Shown here piece by piece: positions 37,879 to 47,385 of a DNA stretch of 64,000 bases. The stretch comes from Candidatus Poseidoniaceae archaeon (GTDB lineage Archaea; Thermoplasmatota; Poseidoniia; Poseidoniales; Poseidoniaceae). Where the stretch lies: positions 15,164-79,163 of the forward strand of contig JADHSC010000003.1 in NCBI GenBank assembly GCA_016777125.1. The letters are read 5' to 3'. Below the pieces are notes generated by a model. It did not search any database and was not told the DNA's origin. It saw only the letters and a program-made list of their open reading frames with translations. Position 1 is the stretch's first letter. Each line of letters opens with the position of its first letter. The position numbers and the translations under genes are program-made.

Positions 37879-39231
37879 ATGGCTGAAGCACCTTCTGTAG
37901 GGTCGAGAGTAAAACTGCGCCTCGAAACGCTCTCTGGAGAGACCATTGTAGAAGGCGTTATTTTACCACCTGCGGTCGAGCAACACGTCACCGTTAAATT
38001 ACCAAATGGCTACAATTTGAGCCACCCACTTAGCCAAACGCATGTCATAGAGTCTGAGATAAAAGAAGCTCAGCCTTCTACACAAGCGTCCCAACCGGCA
38101 CACAATCCGGACCTACCGTCCATTCGAATCATTCACACAGGAGGAACAATCGCTTCCAAGGTTGATTATGTTACAGGAGCAGTTACTGCTCAATTCGAGC
38201 CCTCTGAATTGGTGCATCATGTCCCTGAATTGCAACGAATTGCAAACATTGACGCTCACAAAATAGGCAATATGTTCAGCGAAGATATTCGCCCAATGCA
38301 TTGGAATCAAATCATCGATGCTACTGAGAAAGCATTCCAACAAGGATGTGATGGGGTCGTCGTCACACACGGGACCGACACACTCCATATCTCATCGTCC
38401 GCAGTAGCATATGCATGGTGCGGAGAAGGGAAGAAAGCACCTGGACGAATTGCGTTCGTTGGCTCCCAACGATCGAGTGATCGGGCTTCATCGGATGCTG
38501 CTCAGAACCTCATCGCAGCAGTTACTTGGGCTGCTCAAGGCCCAACTCCAAATGGAAATCTGTCCGATTGTGTTGTCGTTGCTATGCATCGAACAAGTGA
38601 TGATGGGGCATGTTCAATTCATGCTGCAACAGGTGTTCGGAAACTCCACTCGAGTCGTCGTGATGCGTTCAGACCGGTAAACACCCAACCACTCGCAACA
38701 GTTACAATCGATGAAGGAATGATTGAAATTCAACTCAGCGAACATTACCAGAAGAACAGAATGGAACATCCAGTACGTGAAAAAGCAACTGCAGCATTAC
38801 GATTCAAACCAGAGGTATCGATTCGCCAATTCATGGCTGGACCTTGGTTACTCTCCGCTGAGATTAACGAGGCAATAGAATCGAATGTTGATGCCTTAGT
38901 CTTCCACGGCACAGGTCTTGGTCACGTACCAATCGAAAACCCAAATGAAGATGCACCTCAGAACCTCGAATTACGCTCATCAATTCAGAAGGCGATTGAC
39001 AACAACATCCCCGTCATGATCGTGAACCAATGCATCCATGGCCCAGTGGATATGAATGTCTACTCCAAAGGAAGAATCCAACAAGAAATGGGCATGTTAG
39101 GCCACGGAATCACGACATCACCTGAAGCTGCAATTGTAAAGTTACATTATGCCCTCTCAACGGACAAAAATGTTCGCGAAATTCTTACAACCAATCTCTT
39201 TGGAGAAGAAATCTATCAGATAAGAGATTAA
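37879..39231 (+). CDS. gatD: Glutamyl-tRNA(Gln) amidotransferase subunit D. The ORF track start at 37786 would overlap the tRNA. The Met at 37879 gives a typical 450-aa GatD.
   Basis: Asparaginase-like domain with IIHTGGTIASKVDYVTG and the later HGTDTL motif. GatD-specific N-terminal extension. Confidence 0.8.
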   Translation: MAEAPSVGSRVKLRLETLSGETIVEGVILPPAVEQHVTVKLPNGYNLSHPLSQTHVIESEIKEAQPSTQASQPAHNPDLPSIRIIHTGGTIASKVDYVTGAVTAQFEPSELVHHVPELQRIANIDAHKIGNMFSEDIRPMHWNQIIDATEKAFQQGCDGVVVTHGTDTLHISSSAVAYAWCGEGKKAPGRIAFVGSQRSSDRASSDAAQNLIAAVTWAAQGPTPNGNLSDCVVVAMHRTSDDGACSIHAATGVRKLHSSRRDAFRPVNTQPLATVTIDEGMIEIQLSEHYQKNRMEHPVREKATAALRFKPEVSIRQFMAGPWLLSAEINEAIESNVDALVFHGTGLGHVPIENPNEDAPQNLELRSSIQKAIDNNIPVMIVNQCIHGPVDMNVYSKGRIQQEMGMLGHGITTSPEAAIVKLHYALSTDKNVREILTTNLFGEEIYQIRD

Positions 39232-39239
39232 GCGATTCG

Positions 39240-40832
39240 ATGAAGAACCTCATCGCCCCTCATCTGTTCATGGCGACTCCTACTGGCGACCCCGTTAGCG
39301 AACTTCGCTCACGTCGAGAGAGTGCCCGATTAGGTGGCGGATTGAAGGCACAGGAAGCCATCCGAGCAGGAGGAAGAGGAACTGCAAGGGACCGTATTGG
39401 GATGCTTTTAGATCCCGATTCATTCATTGAAGTGGATACATTTGTCATGCATCGAACAACTGATCACAATATGTTCCTTCATGAAACACTTGGAGACGGA
39501 GTGATCACAGGACATGGAACCATTGATGGCCGTAGAGTTCACTGTTTTGCCCAGGATTTTAGCGTCCACGGAGGTTCAATGGGTGAAATGCATGCAAAGA
39601 AGATCGCTAAAGTCGTTGAAATGGCTGAGCGAACAAAAACACCACTCGTATGTGTCTGGGATGGAGGTGGCCAACGTGCTCATGATGGACTCGATGCACT
39701 TGCTGGAACTGGAGAACTCCTCGATCGACTTGTTCAGTGCAGTGGCAGAATTCCAGTCCTCAGCCTTGTCCTTGGACCTGTCGTTGGCGTTTCCGCGCTG
39801 GCTGCAAGTCTGTCTGATTTCACAATACTTGGAGAAGAGCATGGGCAGTTATTCCTATCCTCTCCACTCGAAACTCCTGAAGTACAACAAGGTGAAGTTG
39901 ACGCATCTGGACTTGGAGGAGCATCACTTCATGCGTCCCGTTCGGGAATTGCTTGTTTGGTGGCAGATGATGAAGACGATGCATGTTTCCTCGTTCACGA
40001 GATTCTATCGTATCTTCCAGACCACAACGATGCCGAGCCTCCATTCGTAGCGACTGAAGATCCAATAACTCGTCTCAATGAAGAATTAGAAACTCTTGTC
40101 CCTGACAATCCCAATCGTCCCTACGACATGGTGAAGGTTGTCGAAGAAGTTGTTGATGATGGAGAATTCTTAGAACTCTTCACAAATTACGCAGAGAACA
40201 TCATCATTGGATTCGCTCGACTTAACGGACGAACAATCGGTATTGTCGGTAATCAACCAAATGTTCTCGCAGGCTGCTTAGACATTGACGCATCGATCAA
40301 GGCCGCTCGATTCATTCGCCTATGTGATGCATTCAACATCCCTCTTGTAACGTTCGAAGATGTTCCAGGATTCCTTCCAGGTGTTGTTCAAGAATGGGGT
40401 GGAATCATTCGACATGGAGCAAAACTCCTCTTCGCCTATGCTGAAGCAACAGTCCCAAAACTTACACTCATCACGAGAAAAGCATACGGTGGAGCCTACT
40501 TGGCAATGTCATGTAAGCATTTACAGAGTGATTACAATGTCGCTTGGCCAACTGCTGAACTTGCAGTAATGGGGGCTGAAGGAGCGGTTAACATCATTCA
40601 TCGAAGAGAAATCAACGCAGTTGAACCAGAACAACAAGAAGATGTTCGCCTTCGACTCGTCGATGAATACAAAGCCAAATTTGGTGACCCATACGTTGCA
40701 GCACGAAATGGTTGGCTTGACGATGTCATCGAACCTTCCGAAAGCAGATTGCGGCTTTGCAGAGCACTGAATATTCTACGCTCAAAGCGAGAATGGAGCC
40801 CACCTAAGAAACACGGCAACATTCCCCTATGA
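39240..40832 (+). CDS. Acyl-CoA carboxylase carboxyltransferase subunit (propionyl-CoA carboxylase beta or methylmalonyl-CoA carboxyltransferase family).
   Basis: Two carboxyltransferase half-domains. GGGxxAQEAIRAGGRGTARDRI N-terminal motif. 530 aa, typical of PccB/MmdA. Confidence 0.75.
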   Translation: MKNLIAPHLFMATPTGDPVSELRSRRESARLGGGLKAQEAIRAGGRGTARDRIGMLLDPDSFIEVDTFVMHRTTDHNMFLHETLGDGVITGHGTIDGRRVHCFAQDFSVHGGSMGEMHAKKIAKVVEMAERTKTPLVCVWDGGGQRAHDGLDALAGTGELLDRLVQCSGRIPVLSLVLGPVVGVSALAASLSDFTILGEEHGQLFLSSPLETPEVQQGEVDASGLGGASLHASRSGIACLVADDEDDACFLVHEILSYLPDHNDAEPPFVATEDPITRLNEELETLVPDNPNRPYDMVKVVEEVVDDGEFLELFTNYAENIIIGFARLNGRTIGIVGNQPNVLAGCLDIDASIKAARFIRLCDAFNIPLVTFEDVPGFLPGVVQEWGGIIRHGAKLLFAYAEATVPKLTLITRKAYGGAYLAMSCKHLQSDYNVAWPTAELAVMGAEGAVNIIHRREINAVEPEQQEDVRLRLVDEYKAKFGDPYVAARNGWLDDVIEPSESRLRLCRALNILRSKREWSPPKKHGNIPL

Positions 40833-43532
40833 TTCGTTTATTTTCCGCTCTGCTCGAGCCAGTAAGCCGCCTGATTGATCATCAGGCTCAGGTTGCTGAG
40901 GAGGCTTTCGAACCTGTAACAGCATCCACCCAACAAGAGCAACGAGTGGGACAATAATCACAGCTGCAATCAATGTTGAGCCTCCACTTGATGGATCATC
41001 AGAATCTGCTGAAGGAGTCTCTGGCTCAACTAGAACCGTGTACTGAAGGCGCAATGAAACATCTGCAAAGGCTGGATCTCTTGCAATGATATCAAACTGT
41101 AGAATCGAACCTTCGATCTGTTCTCCAGTGAAAAGTTGAGTACACCAAGAAGTGATTATTGAAGAATCACAATTCATTGTTCCACTTTGGAGTACACCGT
41201 CAAGATTGACGATGATATCCATTTGTGAATCAGGATCTGTATCGCTCCAAAGCCATTGCAACAGAAGTGTGTTTTCAGAGGTCTTTGTGATCGATCCATT
41301 CGATAGAACAGGACGATCCGGTTCAGCACTTATCGTCAAGTTAATTCTCTTTGCGAAGACAACCTCGCCATCAGTGACATTCAGCCACCATCCATTGTCA
41401 ATTCCATTTGCATCAATCAATGCAGAAATGAGCAACTCTTGACCTGATATCGCCATTTGCGACTTCGTTGAACCATCTGATTCTAATTCCCATACCAACG
41501 CATCTCCATCGGCATCAACAGCAAAATCAAGAAGGCTTACGAGAAGTGTCTCCTCCTCACCAAGAGCAATATTCCATGACGATTCAGTAACATCAAATGC
41601 ATCGTTCATTGCATTTACTCTGAACGGTACATCAAGTGAAAGAGGTGTATTGAATCCATCAGAGGCAGTTAGCGTGAACACTTCTGCGCCGTTAGCATTG
41701 GACAAAGGAGTAAATCGAATCGTGTCATTTGAAGGTTCAACAAACCATGAAAGCAACTCTCCTTCTCCTTGAGTCAATCCGTTAATTTCCATTGTCAAAG
41801 GAGCCCCTTCAGGGTCAGTGATGTATTGAGACGCATCAAACCAAACAGCAGGACCATCTTCGTCGACCACTTGTTGTACCACCGTAGAGAGTTGGATAAG
41901 CGGATCATTAATTGGAAGGATACTGCCGTTTAGAGTGACGTTCAACAGATCGAGTATAGCCCCACCTGCTTTCAGTTCCAACTCGACTTTCGTAGTCCCC
42001 TCCCATTCTTCATCAAGTGGATGTGAAAGTGTGAACCCCAATAAATCTGCATCGATTATGATGTTGAAATGGGATTCATTATCTAGAAGTGTGGCGTTGA
42101 TGATTTCAATTGCTTGACCATCAGGGTCGATGGCAATCTCAGAAGAATCAAGATGAACATATCCCCGCTGTGGAACAAGTAGTTCAGGGTAGGGATCAAT
42201 CAATCCGATTGGATCGTTTGTTCTGTTAAAGTCGAAGGTAATGTATCCTGAACCGCCTTCTACAAAGACCTTCAATTTGATTTGATGAGCTCCCGGAGAG
42301 ACACCACTCATTGGCACAACACACCGAGCCTCATCATTGATGATGACTCCAGAAAACACAGTAGAATTATCAAGAACACACTTTGTTGAAACGGTCCAAT
42401 TTGAAGGGATATCATCGTATTGATCACCGTTTCGCATAGACCATGATGCTAAGAAAACTGCTTCATCCATTGGACCAAGTAGGGTCCCATTCAAACTGAT
42501 AGGTGTTGTAAGAGGAATGAGTTGGGCTTCATCAAAATCTTCATCCACATACCCATTCGAATCGACAACTGTATCGACCTCATTCGGACGGTTAAACGCC
42601 TCACGGAAGGATGAATGGTCCCCGCGTAATGTTAAGTCGAGATACGGGAGAACATGCTCCATTGCATGATCCATTTGTTCCTCTTGAGTGAGTGAAGCAT
42701 CTCCATCATTCAAATTCTCGAAGAAGGAAGATGAATCTTGATACTGGTAATGATTTGCTCCAAGTGAGTGGAGTATTTGCCATGCAAACCCATCCACATT
42801 TTCCAATACTGGCAGAACGTGTTCTGTTGCAGGTGCTACTTCATCGGCACTTCCCGTGATGAACAAGCCAATGTTTGGAGCAGGTGCTTGTATCGTAAGT
42901 GGTTCGTTCACTTCTTCAACTTCAAGAGCAAGTCCTACAATAGCTCTCGGCGGTTGGACGGTTTGATTTGTTGCAAGTGTGAGCCAATTGATGTATCCAT
43001 TCGTTGCAATAACAGCACCTACGCCGTGTCCAATGAGGCCCCAATGAGCTTCGTCTACGGAACCAAACATTCCAAGCACTGCCTCATTTGACTGGTTCGC
43101 ATTGTTCATCCATGCTTGAATTTCCTCTAAATCGGAGACAATATCATTGACTTCCAGATCGGTTTGCCATGAAGGTATGTACACCATCGTACCCGTTTGT
43201 GCAATTCGTGAACAGAGAAGCATGTAGTTGTCTGGAGTTTCATTTTCATCAACGATGAGAACCATCCATGGGAATGGACCGTTCCCTGCTACTTCACTGT
43301 CTTCTCCAGAAACCATTGCTGGATAGACAAGGCGATGATCTTGTCCTGGAGCTCCTTGTTGGTTCACTGAAAAATCAATCCACCCGACTGGGAAGTCGGG
43401 TCCCGTGTGAGGCGATTGGAAATTAGAATCTTCTTCTGGAAAGGCTTGCACTCCCGAAAAGGTTGCTAAGACTAGCAACCCACACATCACCAAGGAGCGT
43501 GCGCTCATAGGGTTGGCTGGCTCTTCGGACAT
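40827..43532 (-). CDS. Large cell-surface protein (901 aa). Signal peptide, alpha/beta-hydrolase-like N-terminal domain (nucleophile Ser apparently replaced by Gly), beta-rich domains, and a C-terminal TM anchor.
   Basis: MCGLLVLATFSGVQAFP signal. GLIGHGVGAVIA where GHSxG is expected, followed by Asp (LFITGSADEV) and His (LHSLGANHY) positions. C-terminal TM LIAAVIIVPLVALVGWMLL followed by RKPP. Confidence 0.5.
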   Translation of the reverse strand: MSEEPANPMSARSLVMCGLLVLATFSGVQAFPEEDSNFQSPHTGPDFPVGWIDFSVNQQGAPGQDHRLVYPAMVSGEDSEVAGNGPFPWMVLIVDENETPDNYMLLCSRIAQTGTMVYIPSWQTDLEVNDIVSDLEEIQAWMNNANQSNEAVLGMFGSVDEAHWGLIGHGVGAVIATNGYINWLTLATNQTVQPPRAIVGLALEVEEVNEPLTIQAPAPNIGLFITGSADEVAPATEHVLPVLENVDGFAWQILHSLGANHYQYQDSSSFFENLNDGDASLTQEEQMDHAMEHVLPYLDLTLRGDHSSFREAFNRPNEVDTVVDSNGYVDEDFDEAQLIPLTTPISLNGTLLGPMDEAVFLASWSMRNGDQYDDIPSNWTVSTKCVLDNSTVFSGVIINDEARCVVPMSGVSPGAHQIKLKVFVEGGSGYITFDFNRTNDPIGLIDPYPELLVPQRGYVHLDSSEIAIDPDGQAIEIINATLLDNESHFNIIIDADLLGFTLSHPLDEEWEGTTKVELELKAGGAILDLLNVTLNGSILPINDPLIQLSTVVQQVVDEDGPAVWFDASQYITDPEGAPLTMEINGLTQGEGELLSWFVEPSNDTIRFTPLSNANGAEVFTLTASDGFNTPLSLDVPFRVNAMNDAFDVTESSWNIALGEEETLLVSLLDFAVDADGDALVWELESDGSTKSQMAISGQELLISALIDANGIDNGWWLNVTDGEVVFAKRINLTISAEPDRPVLSNGSITKTSENTLLLQWLWSDTDPDSQMDIIVNLDGVLQSGTMNCDSSIITSWCTQLFTGEQIEGSILQFDIIARDPAFADVSLRLQYTVLVEPETPSADSDDPSSGGSTLIAAVIIVPLVALVGWMLLQVRKPPQQPEPDDQSGGLLARAERKINES

Positions 43533-43533
43533 T

Positions 43534-44541
43534 TCATTCTTCCATTGATTTGCTTCTTGAAATGGCTAGTTCAAATTCGCAATCAGACAGCCATGACACG
43601 AGTTGTGCAAGTGTAGGCAGATGTTCAGCACTTTGAGGAGCCCACAGACGACGCCATGATTCAAGATGCTGTCCCGCCAACATCCATCTTCCATCGATTA
43701 TAGAGTTCTTTGAATCGAGGATAGAGTCCCTTTCCTGAAGCGACCCGTTCAATGGAAGATAATCTGGCGTAAGCGTTCTCTTTACAGCGAGATGTTGATC
43801 GTACGTACCATCAAAATCGATGAGCAAGTCAAGTTGTTTCACATCTGCTAACTTTTTGCTAATCAGGGACGCATCGATTTTTCTTCGTCCACCAAGCGAA
43901 ACAACATGGCCTCCCGACTCAAGCCAAGCATCTGCGATTGAACGTGCTGAACCGCCGCCCCCATGCAGACCAAGGATGGCTCCAGAAGCAACATCAATTC
44001 CGTGGTGAATTGCAACATCAACCACACCTGCACCATCTGTTGTAGCACAATACCAACCGTGGCCAGTCCATCGAAGTGTATTGACGGAGAGAATATCCAT
44101 CCCTTTGTCTACAGGCGTGAAAGCCATACTCTGCAACTGATGCTTCAATGGTGAGGTAAGATTCAACCAAACCTCTTTGCCGTAATACTGCGATGGAAGG
44201 TGATGTGAGGCTGGCGGACGTTTTCGAGATGGTTCGGCTCCTTCAAATGAAGGGCGTATGTCTCTGGTAAGAACTTCTTCAACGAGTCTTGTAAGTTGTA
44301 CTGAGTTCTTGTTGAGTCGACTTCCGAGTAGAGCCCAATCAGGATTATGTTCATCATGCTCGATATATCCCCATCCTAATACCTCATCCACGTGTACAGA
44401 TTCAATCAGTCGTAACGATCGAGGAATTAGATTCGGAATCTGGTTCTTTTTCTTCAAGTGATGGAATACCAGATGAAACAGCACGGGGGAGAGTGAATGC
44501 GATATGGGCGAGCCTCCCACCGCATATCGTACTTCGCCCAT
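43534..44541 (-). CDS. aroE: Shikimate 5-dehydrogenase. Start moved to the internal Met MGEVRYAVGG. The ORF track start is 44640.
   Basis: AVGGSPISHSLSPVLF substrate-binding motif near the N-terminus, NTDGAGV motif, and a glycine-rich NADP site LGGGGSARSIA. Confidence 0.65.
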   Translation of the reverse strand: MGEVRYAVGGSPISHSLSPVLFHLVFHHLKKKNQIPNLIPRSLRLIESVHVDEVLGWGYIEHDEHNPDWALLGSRLNKNSVQLTRLVEEVLTRDIRPSFEGAEPSRKRPPASHHLPSQYYGKEVWLNLTSPLKHQLQSMAFTPVDKGMDILSVNTLRWTGHGWYCATTDGAGVVDVAIHHGIDVASGAILGLHGGGGSARSIADAWLESGGHVVSLGGRRKIDASLISKKLADVKQLDLLIDFDGTYDQHLAVKRTLTPDYLPLNGSLQERDSILDSKNSIIDGRWMLAGQHLESWRRLWAPQSAEHLPTLAQLVSWLSDCEFELAISRSKSMEE

Positions 44542-44649
44542 GTACCCTCCATGGAACTCTTTATTGATGAACATCTGTCCCCAAAAACACGAGATTTTGT
44601 TTACTTTCGTCGGCATTGGATTCAAGAGGAAGGAGTGCATAGCATTACC

Positions 44650-44955
44650 ATGGCGGCAGCAGAACGTGGTTCATTTCTCTGGTTTATGTTCGGAATTACT
44701 CAATTTTTCCTATCGATTAAACTCATGGGAGAGGTAGAGGGATGGGTTACAACCTTGTTTGGAGGTGGAGCTGCTGCTGCAATAATGCTCGCCATCGTTG
44801 TGTTCCGCATGGAGCAAAAGGAATTACTATTGAATCCACTCAAACTCAATCGTGAAGTCAATGAAGATGCAATCAAGAATCAAGGCAAGGGCGTTGGTTT
44901 CGGTGTTGGCATGTGGATTATATCCCTGATCACACTTATGTTCGTTCAGTTTTGA
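44650..44955 (+). CDS. Small hypothetical membrane protein with 2 TM helices.
   Basis: Hydrophobic helices. First gene of a co-directional run ending in NfeD and flotillin. Start chosen to avoid overlap with aroE. Confidence 0.3.
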   Translation: MAAAERGSFLWFMFGITQFFLSIKLMGEVEGWVTTLFGGGAAAAIMLAIVVFRMEQKELLLNPLKLNREVNEDAIKNQGKGVGFGVGMWIISLITLMFVQF

Positions 44956-45210
44956 TTGGCGATTACAATGGTATCACCTGACATCTCAACATTTCGTACA
45001 ATCGACGATGGTGCTGAAGAGTTGTTCGGTGGGTTTTGGCCATTCTTGAAACGTACTCTCCTAATGTTCTTGCCACTATGGACATGGCTTTTATGCTGGA
45101 GTGCTGGTTTCAACAACATCATTTCGGCAACTCTAGCAGGACTCTCCATATCGGTCGTTGTTGGCATCGAACGGTACAAATTAAGCCAAACCCCCAGTAA
45201 AGACAATTAA
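44956..45210 (+). CDS. Small hypothetical membrane protein with 2 TM helices.
   Basis: Abuts the previous ORF (stop/start adjacent). Hydrophobic helices. Confidence 0.3.
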   Translation: MAITMVSPDISTFRTIDDGAEELFGGFWPFLKRTLLMFLPLWTWLLCWSAGFNNIISATLAGLSISVVVGIERYKLSQTPSKDN

Positions 45211-45223
45211 GGCCAACCTTGGA

Positions 45224-45841
45224 TTGAGTAATATGAGTATCTTTGAATGGCTTGCAGACCTAGCAGGAATCGAAGCCCCAACCTTACTAGAAGTCATCTT
45301 CGTTAGTTGTGCTATACTAGGAGGAATTCTTTTCTTCATCATGATGATTTTAATGCTCGTTGGAGACATTATTGGAGGAGTTGGAGAAGCGGTTGGTTTT
45401 GACGCAGACATTGGAACAGACCTCGGATTCGAAATGTTAAGCATTCAAGGGCTTTCAGTAGCTGTGATGATGTTCGGACTCACTGGTATGTTTGGCCTAT
45501 CGGCGACAGGCAGCGACGTAGCTGCCGTATTGTTCGGAGGCGCAGGTGCGGCCGGTGGAATGTACGGCATGGCTCAAATGATGAGAGGAATAAGCCACCT
45601 ACAAGCAGATGGAACTATGAATTACGATGATGCGATTGGCCAAAGAGGCCAGGTATACTCTCGAATCCGACCAAATGAATCTGGAGAAGTTCAGATTCCA
45701 CTCGGTGGATCACTCAAGAACGTAATCGCACGTGCAAAAGATAAGTCAATGCTCATTCCAAGTGGGGAATTTATCAAAGTTATCGATCGTATTGGATCAA
45801 CGATGATTGTAATCCCGCTTGAAGATGCTTCCGAAGAATAA
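45224..45841 (+). CDS. NfeD-like membrane protein. TM helices plus a C-terminal OB-fold; the usual partner of SPFH/flotillin.
   Basis: Gly/Ala/Met-rich TM segments, followed by GQRGQVYSRIRPNESGEVQIPLGGSLKNVIARA, which resembles the NfeD C-terminal beta-barrel. Sits immediately upstream of flotillin. Confidence 0.5.
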   Translation: MSNMSIFEWLADLAGIEAPTLLEVIFVSCAILGGILFFIMMILMLVGDIIGGVGEAVGFDADIGTDLGFEMLSIQGLSVAVMMFGLTGMFGLSATGSDVAAVLFGGAGAAGGMYGMAQMMRGISHLQADGTMNYDDAIGQRGQVYSRIRPNESGEVQIPLGGSLKNVIARAKDKSMLIPSGEFIKVIDRIGSTMIVIPLEDASEE

Positions 45842-45904
45842 GCGCCACCAAGGGTTTACGGACGTAGGCAAAGCAGTTAATAGGATGAGTTCTGTAAAAC
45901 GGTC

Positions 45905-47296
45905 ATGGCGGACGCATCGACCTGGGCAGTTTTCATAATTTTTGCAGTATTAGCAGTTGGAGCATTTGGATTTATCCTTCTTGTAACTCGTTACAAGCGA
46001 TGTGCTTCTGACGAAATCTTGGTTGTCTATGGACGTATCAAGGGGGGTGCAGCATCACGTTGTATCCATGGAGGTGCCGTCATGGTTTGGCCTCTTGTCC
46101 AAGAATACAAGAAAATCTCACTTACTCCAATGACAATTTCTATCCCATTGGATAACGCACTTTCTCTGCAAAATATTCGTATCAACGTACCTTCCACATT
46201 CACTGTTGGTGTAAGTACAAACCCATTGATTATGGCTAACGCAGCAGAACGTCTTTTACATCTAGCAAAGGACGCTATCGAAGAAATGGCAAAAGAAATA
46301 ATTCTAGGTCAACTCAGACTTACTGTCGCAAGTCTCACTATCGAGCAAATCAACCAAGACAGAGATTCTTTCTTGGAACTCATTCGAGACAACGTAGGTG
46401 CTGAACTACACAAGCTCGGTCTTTTCCTCATCAACGTCAACATCATCGATATTACTGACGAATCAAACTACATCGAAAGCATCGGTAAGAAAGCTGCATC
46501 TGGTGCAGTTAACAAGGCGCTTGTCGACGTAGCAAACGCAGAACGTGATGGTGCAATCGGTAAGGCAAACGCTGACCGAGACAGAGAAGTTCAAGTCGCA
46601 AATAACGTTGCTGAATCTCAGAAGGGACAGAAGACTGCTGAAGTTGGTCGACGTGTTTACATTCAACAACAAGAAGCACTTGGTGTTCAAGGAGAAAACT
46701 TGTCCCGTGCAGAAATCGCATCGTACCAGGCGGATCTCGATGAAAAGGAAGCACAAGCTATGCAGCGTGCTGAGGTTGCTCGAAGAACTGCTGAGATGGA
46801 AGTTCAAAAGGCACAGTATATGCTTGAACAAGAGCGTCTACGAGCTGAAGAGATTGTAAAGGAAGAGATTTCTAAGACTCAAATCGAGATTGCATCCGAA
46901 GCAGAAGCAGAACGTCTACGACGTATCGCTCGTGGTGAAGCAGATGCTGTACTTGCTCGTTACAATGCTGAAGCGGAAGGTACCAAAGCGGTTCTTGAAG
47001 CAAAGGCAAATGGATACAAGCAACTCGTTGCAAGTGCAGGTGGCGATGTAAAGGCTGCTGCTACTCTCCTTATGGTTGAGAAGATTGAAGAAATCGTTGC
47101 TCGACAAACTGAAGCAATCGCAAACCTACAAATCGACAAGATCACAGTTTGGGATTCTGGTGCAGGTGGAAGCGAAGGAGGAAGCACAGCAAACTTTGTT
47201 TCATCCCTCATCCGTTCCTTGCCTCCAGTTCATGATGTAGCCAAGATGGCTGGTGTTGATTTACCAGATTATCTCGGTTCCATGAAAGAAGAGTGA
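45905..47296 (+). CDS. Flotillin-like SPFH/band-7 protein.
   Basis: N-terminal TM helix, SPFH domain, then a long EA-rich coiled-coil (AEAEAERLRRIARGEADAVLA) typical of flotillins. Confidence 0.8.
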   Translation: MADASTWAVFIIFAVLAVGAFGFILLVTRYKRCASDEILVVYGRIKGGAASRCIHGGAVMVWPLVQEYKKISLTPMTISIPLDNALSLQNIRINVPSTFTVGVSTNPLIMANAAERLLHLAKDAIEEMAKEIILGQLRLTVASLTIEQINQDRDSFLELIRDNVGAELHKLGLFLINVNIIDITDESNYIESIGKKAASGAVNKALVDVANAERDGAIGKANADRDREVQVANNVAESQKGQKTAEVGRRVYIQQQEALGVQGENLSRAEIASYQADLDEKEAQAMQRAEVARRTAEMEVQKAQYMLEQERLRAEEIVKEEISKTQIEIASEAEAERLRRIARGEADAVLARYNAEAEGTKAVLEAKANGYKQLVASAGGDVKAAATLLMVEKIEEIVARQTEAIANLQIDKITVWDSGAGGSEGGSTANFVSSLIRSLPPVHDVAKMAGVDLPDYLGSMKEE

Positions 47297-47385
47297 TTCG
47301 GTCTAAGCCGAAGAACCGCCAAATTGGACGGTTTGACCTCTGATTAGGGGTTTCTTTGAAAGCCAAACTGCTTTGCATGGAAATT

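Noticed and set aside
44497-44649. Upstream part of the 152-aa plus-strand ORF overlapping the aroE 5' end.
   Set aside because: Low-complexity non-membrane sequence overlapping aroE. The hydrophobic protein starts at the internal Met at 44650.
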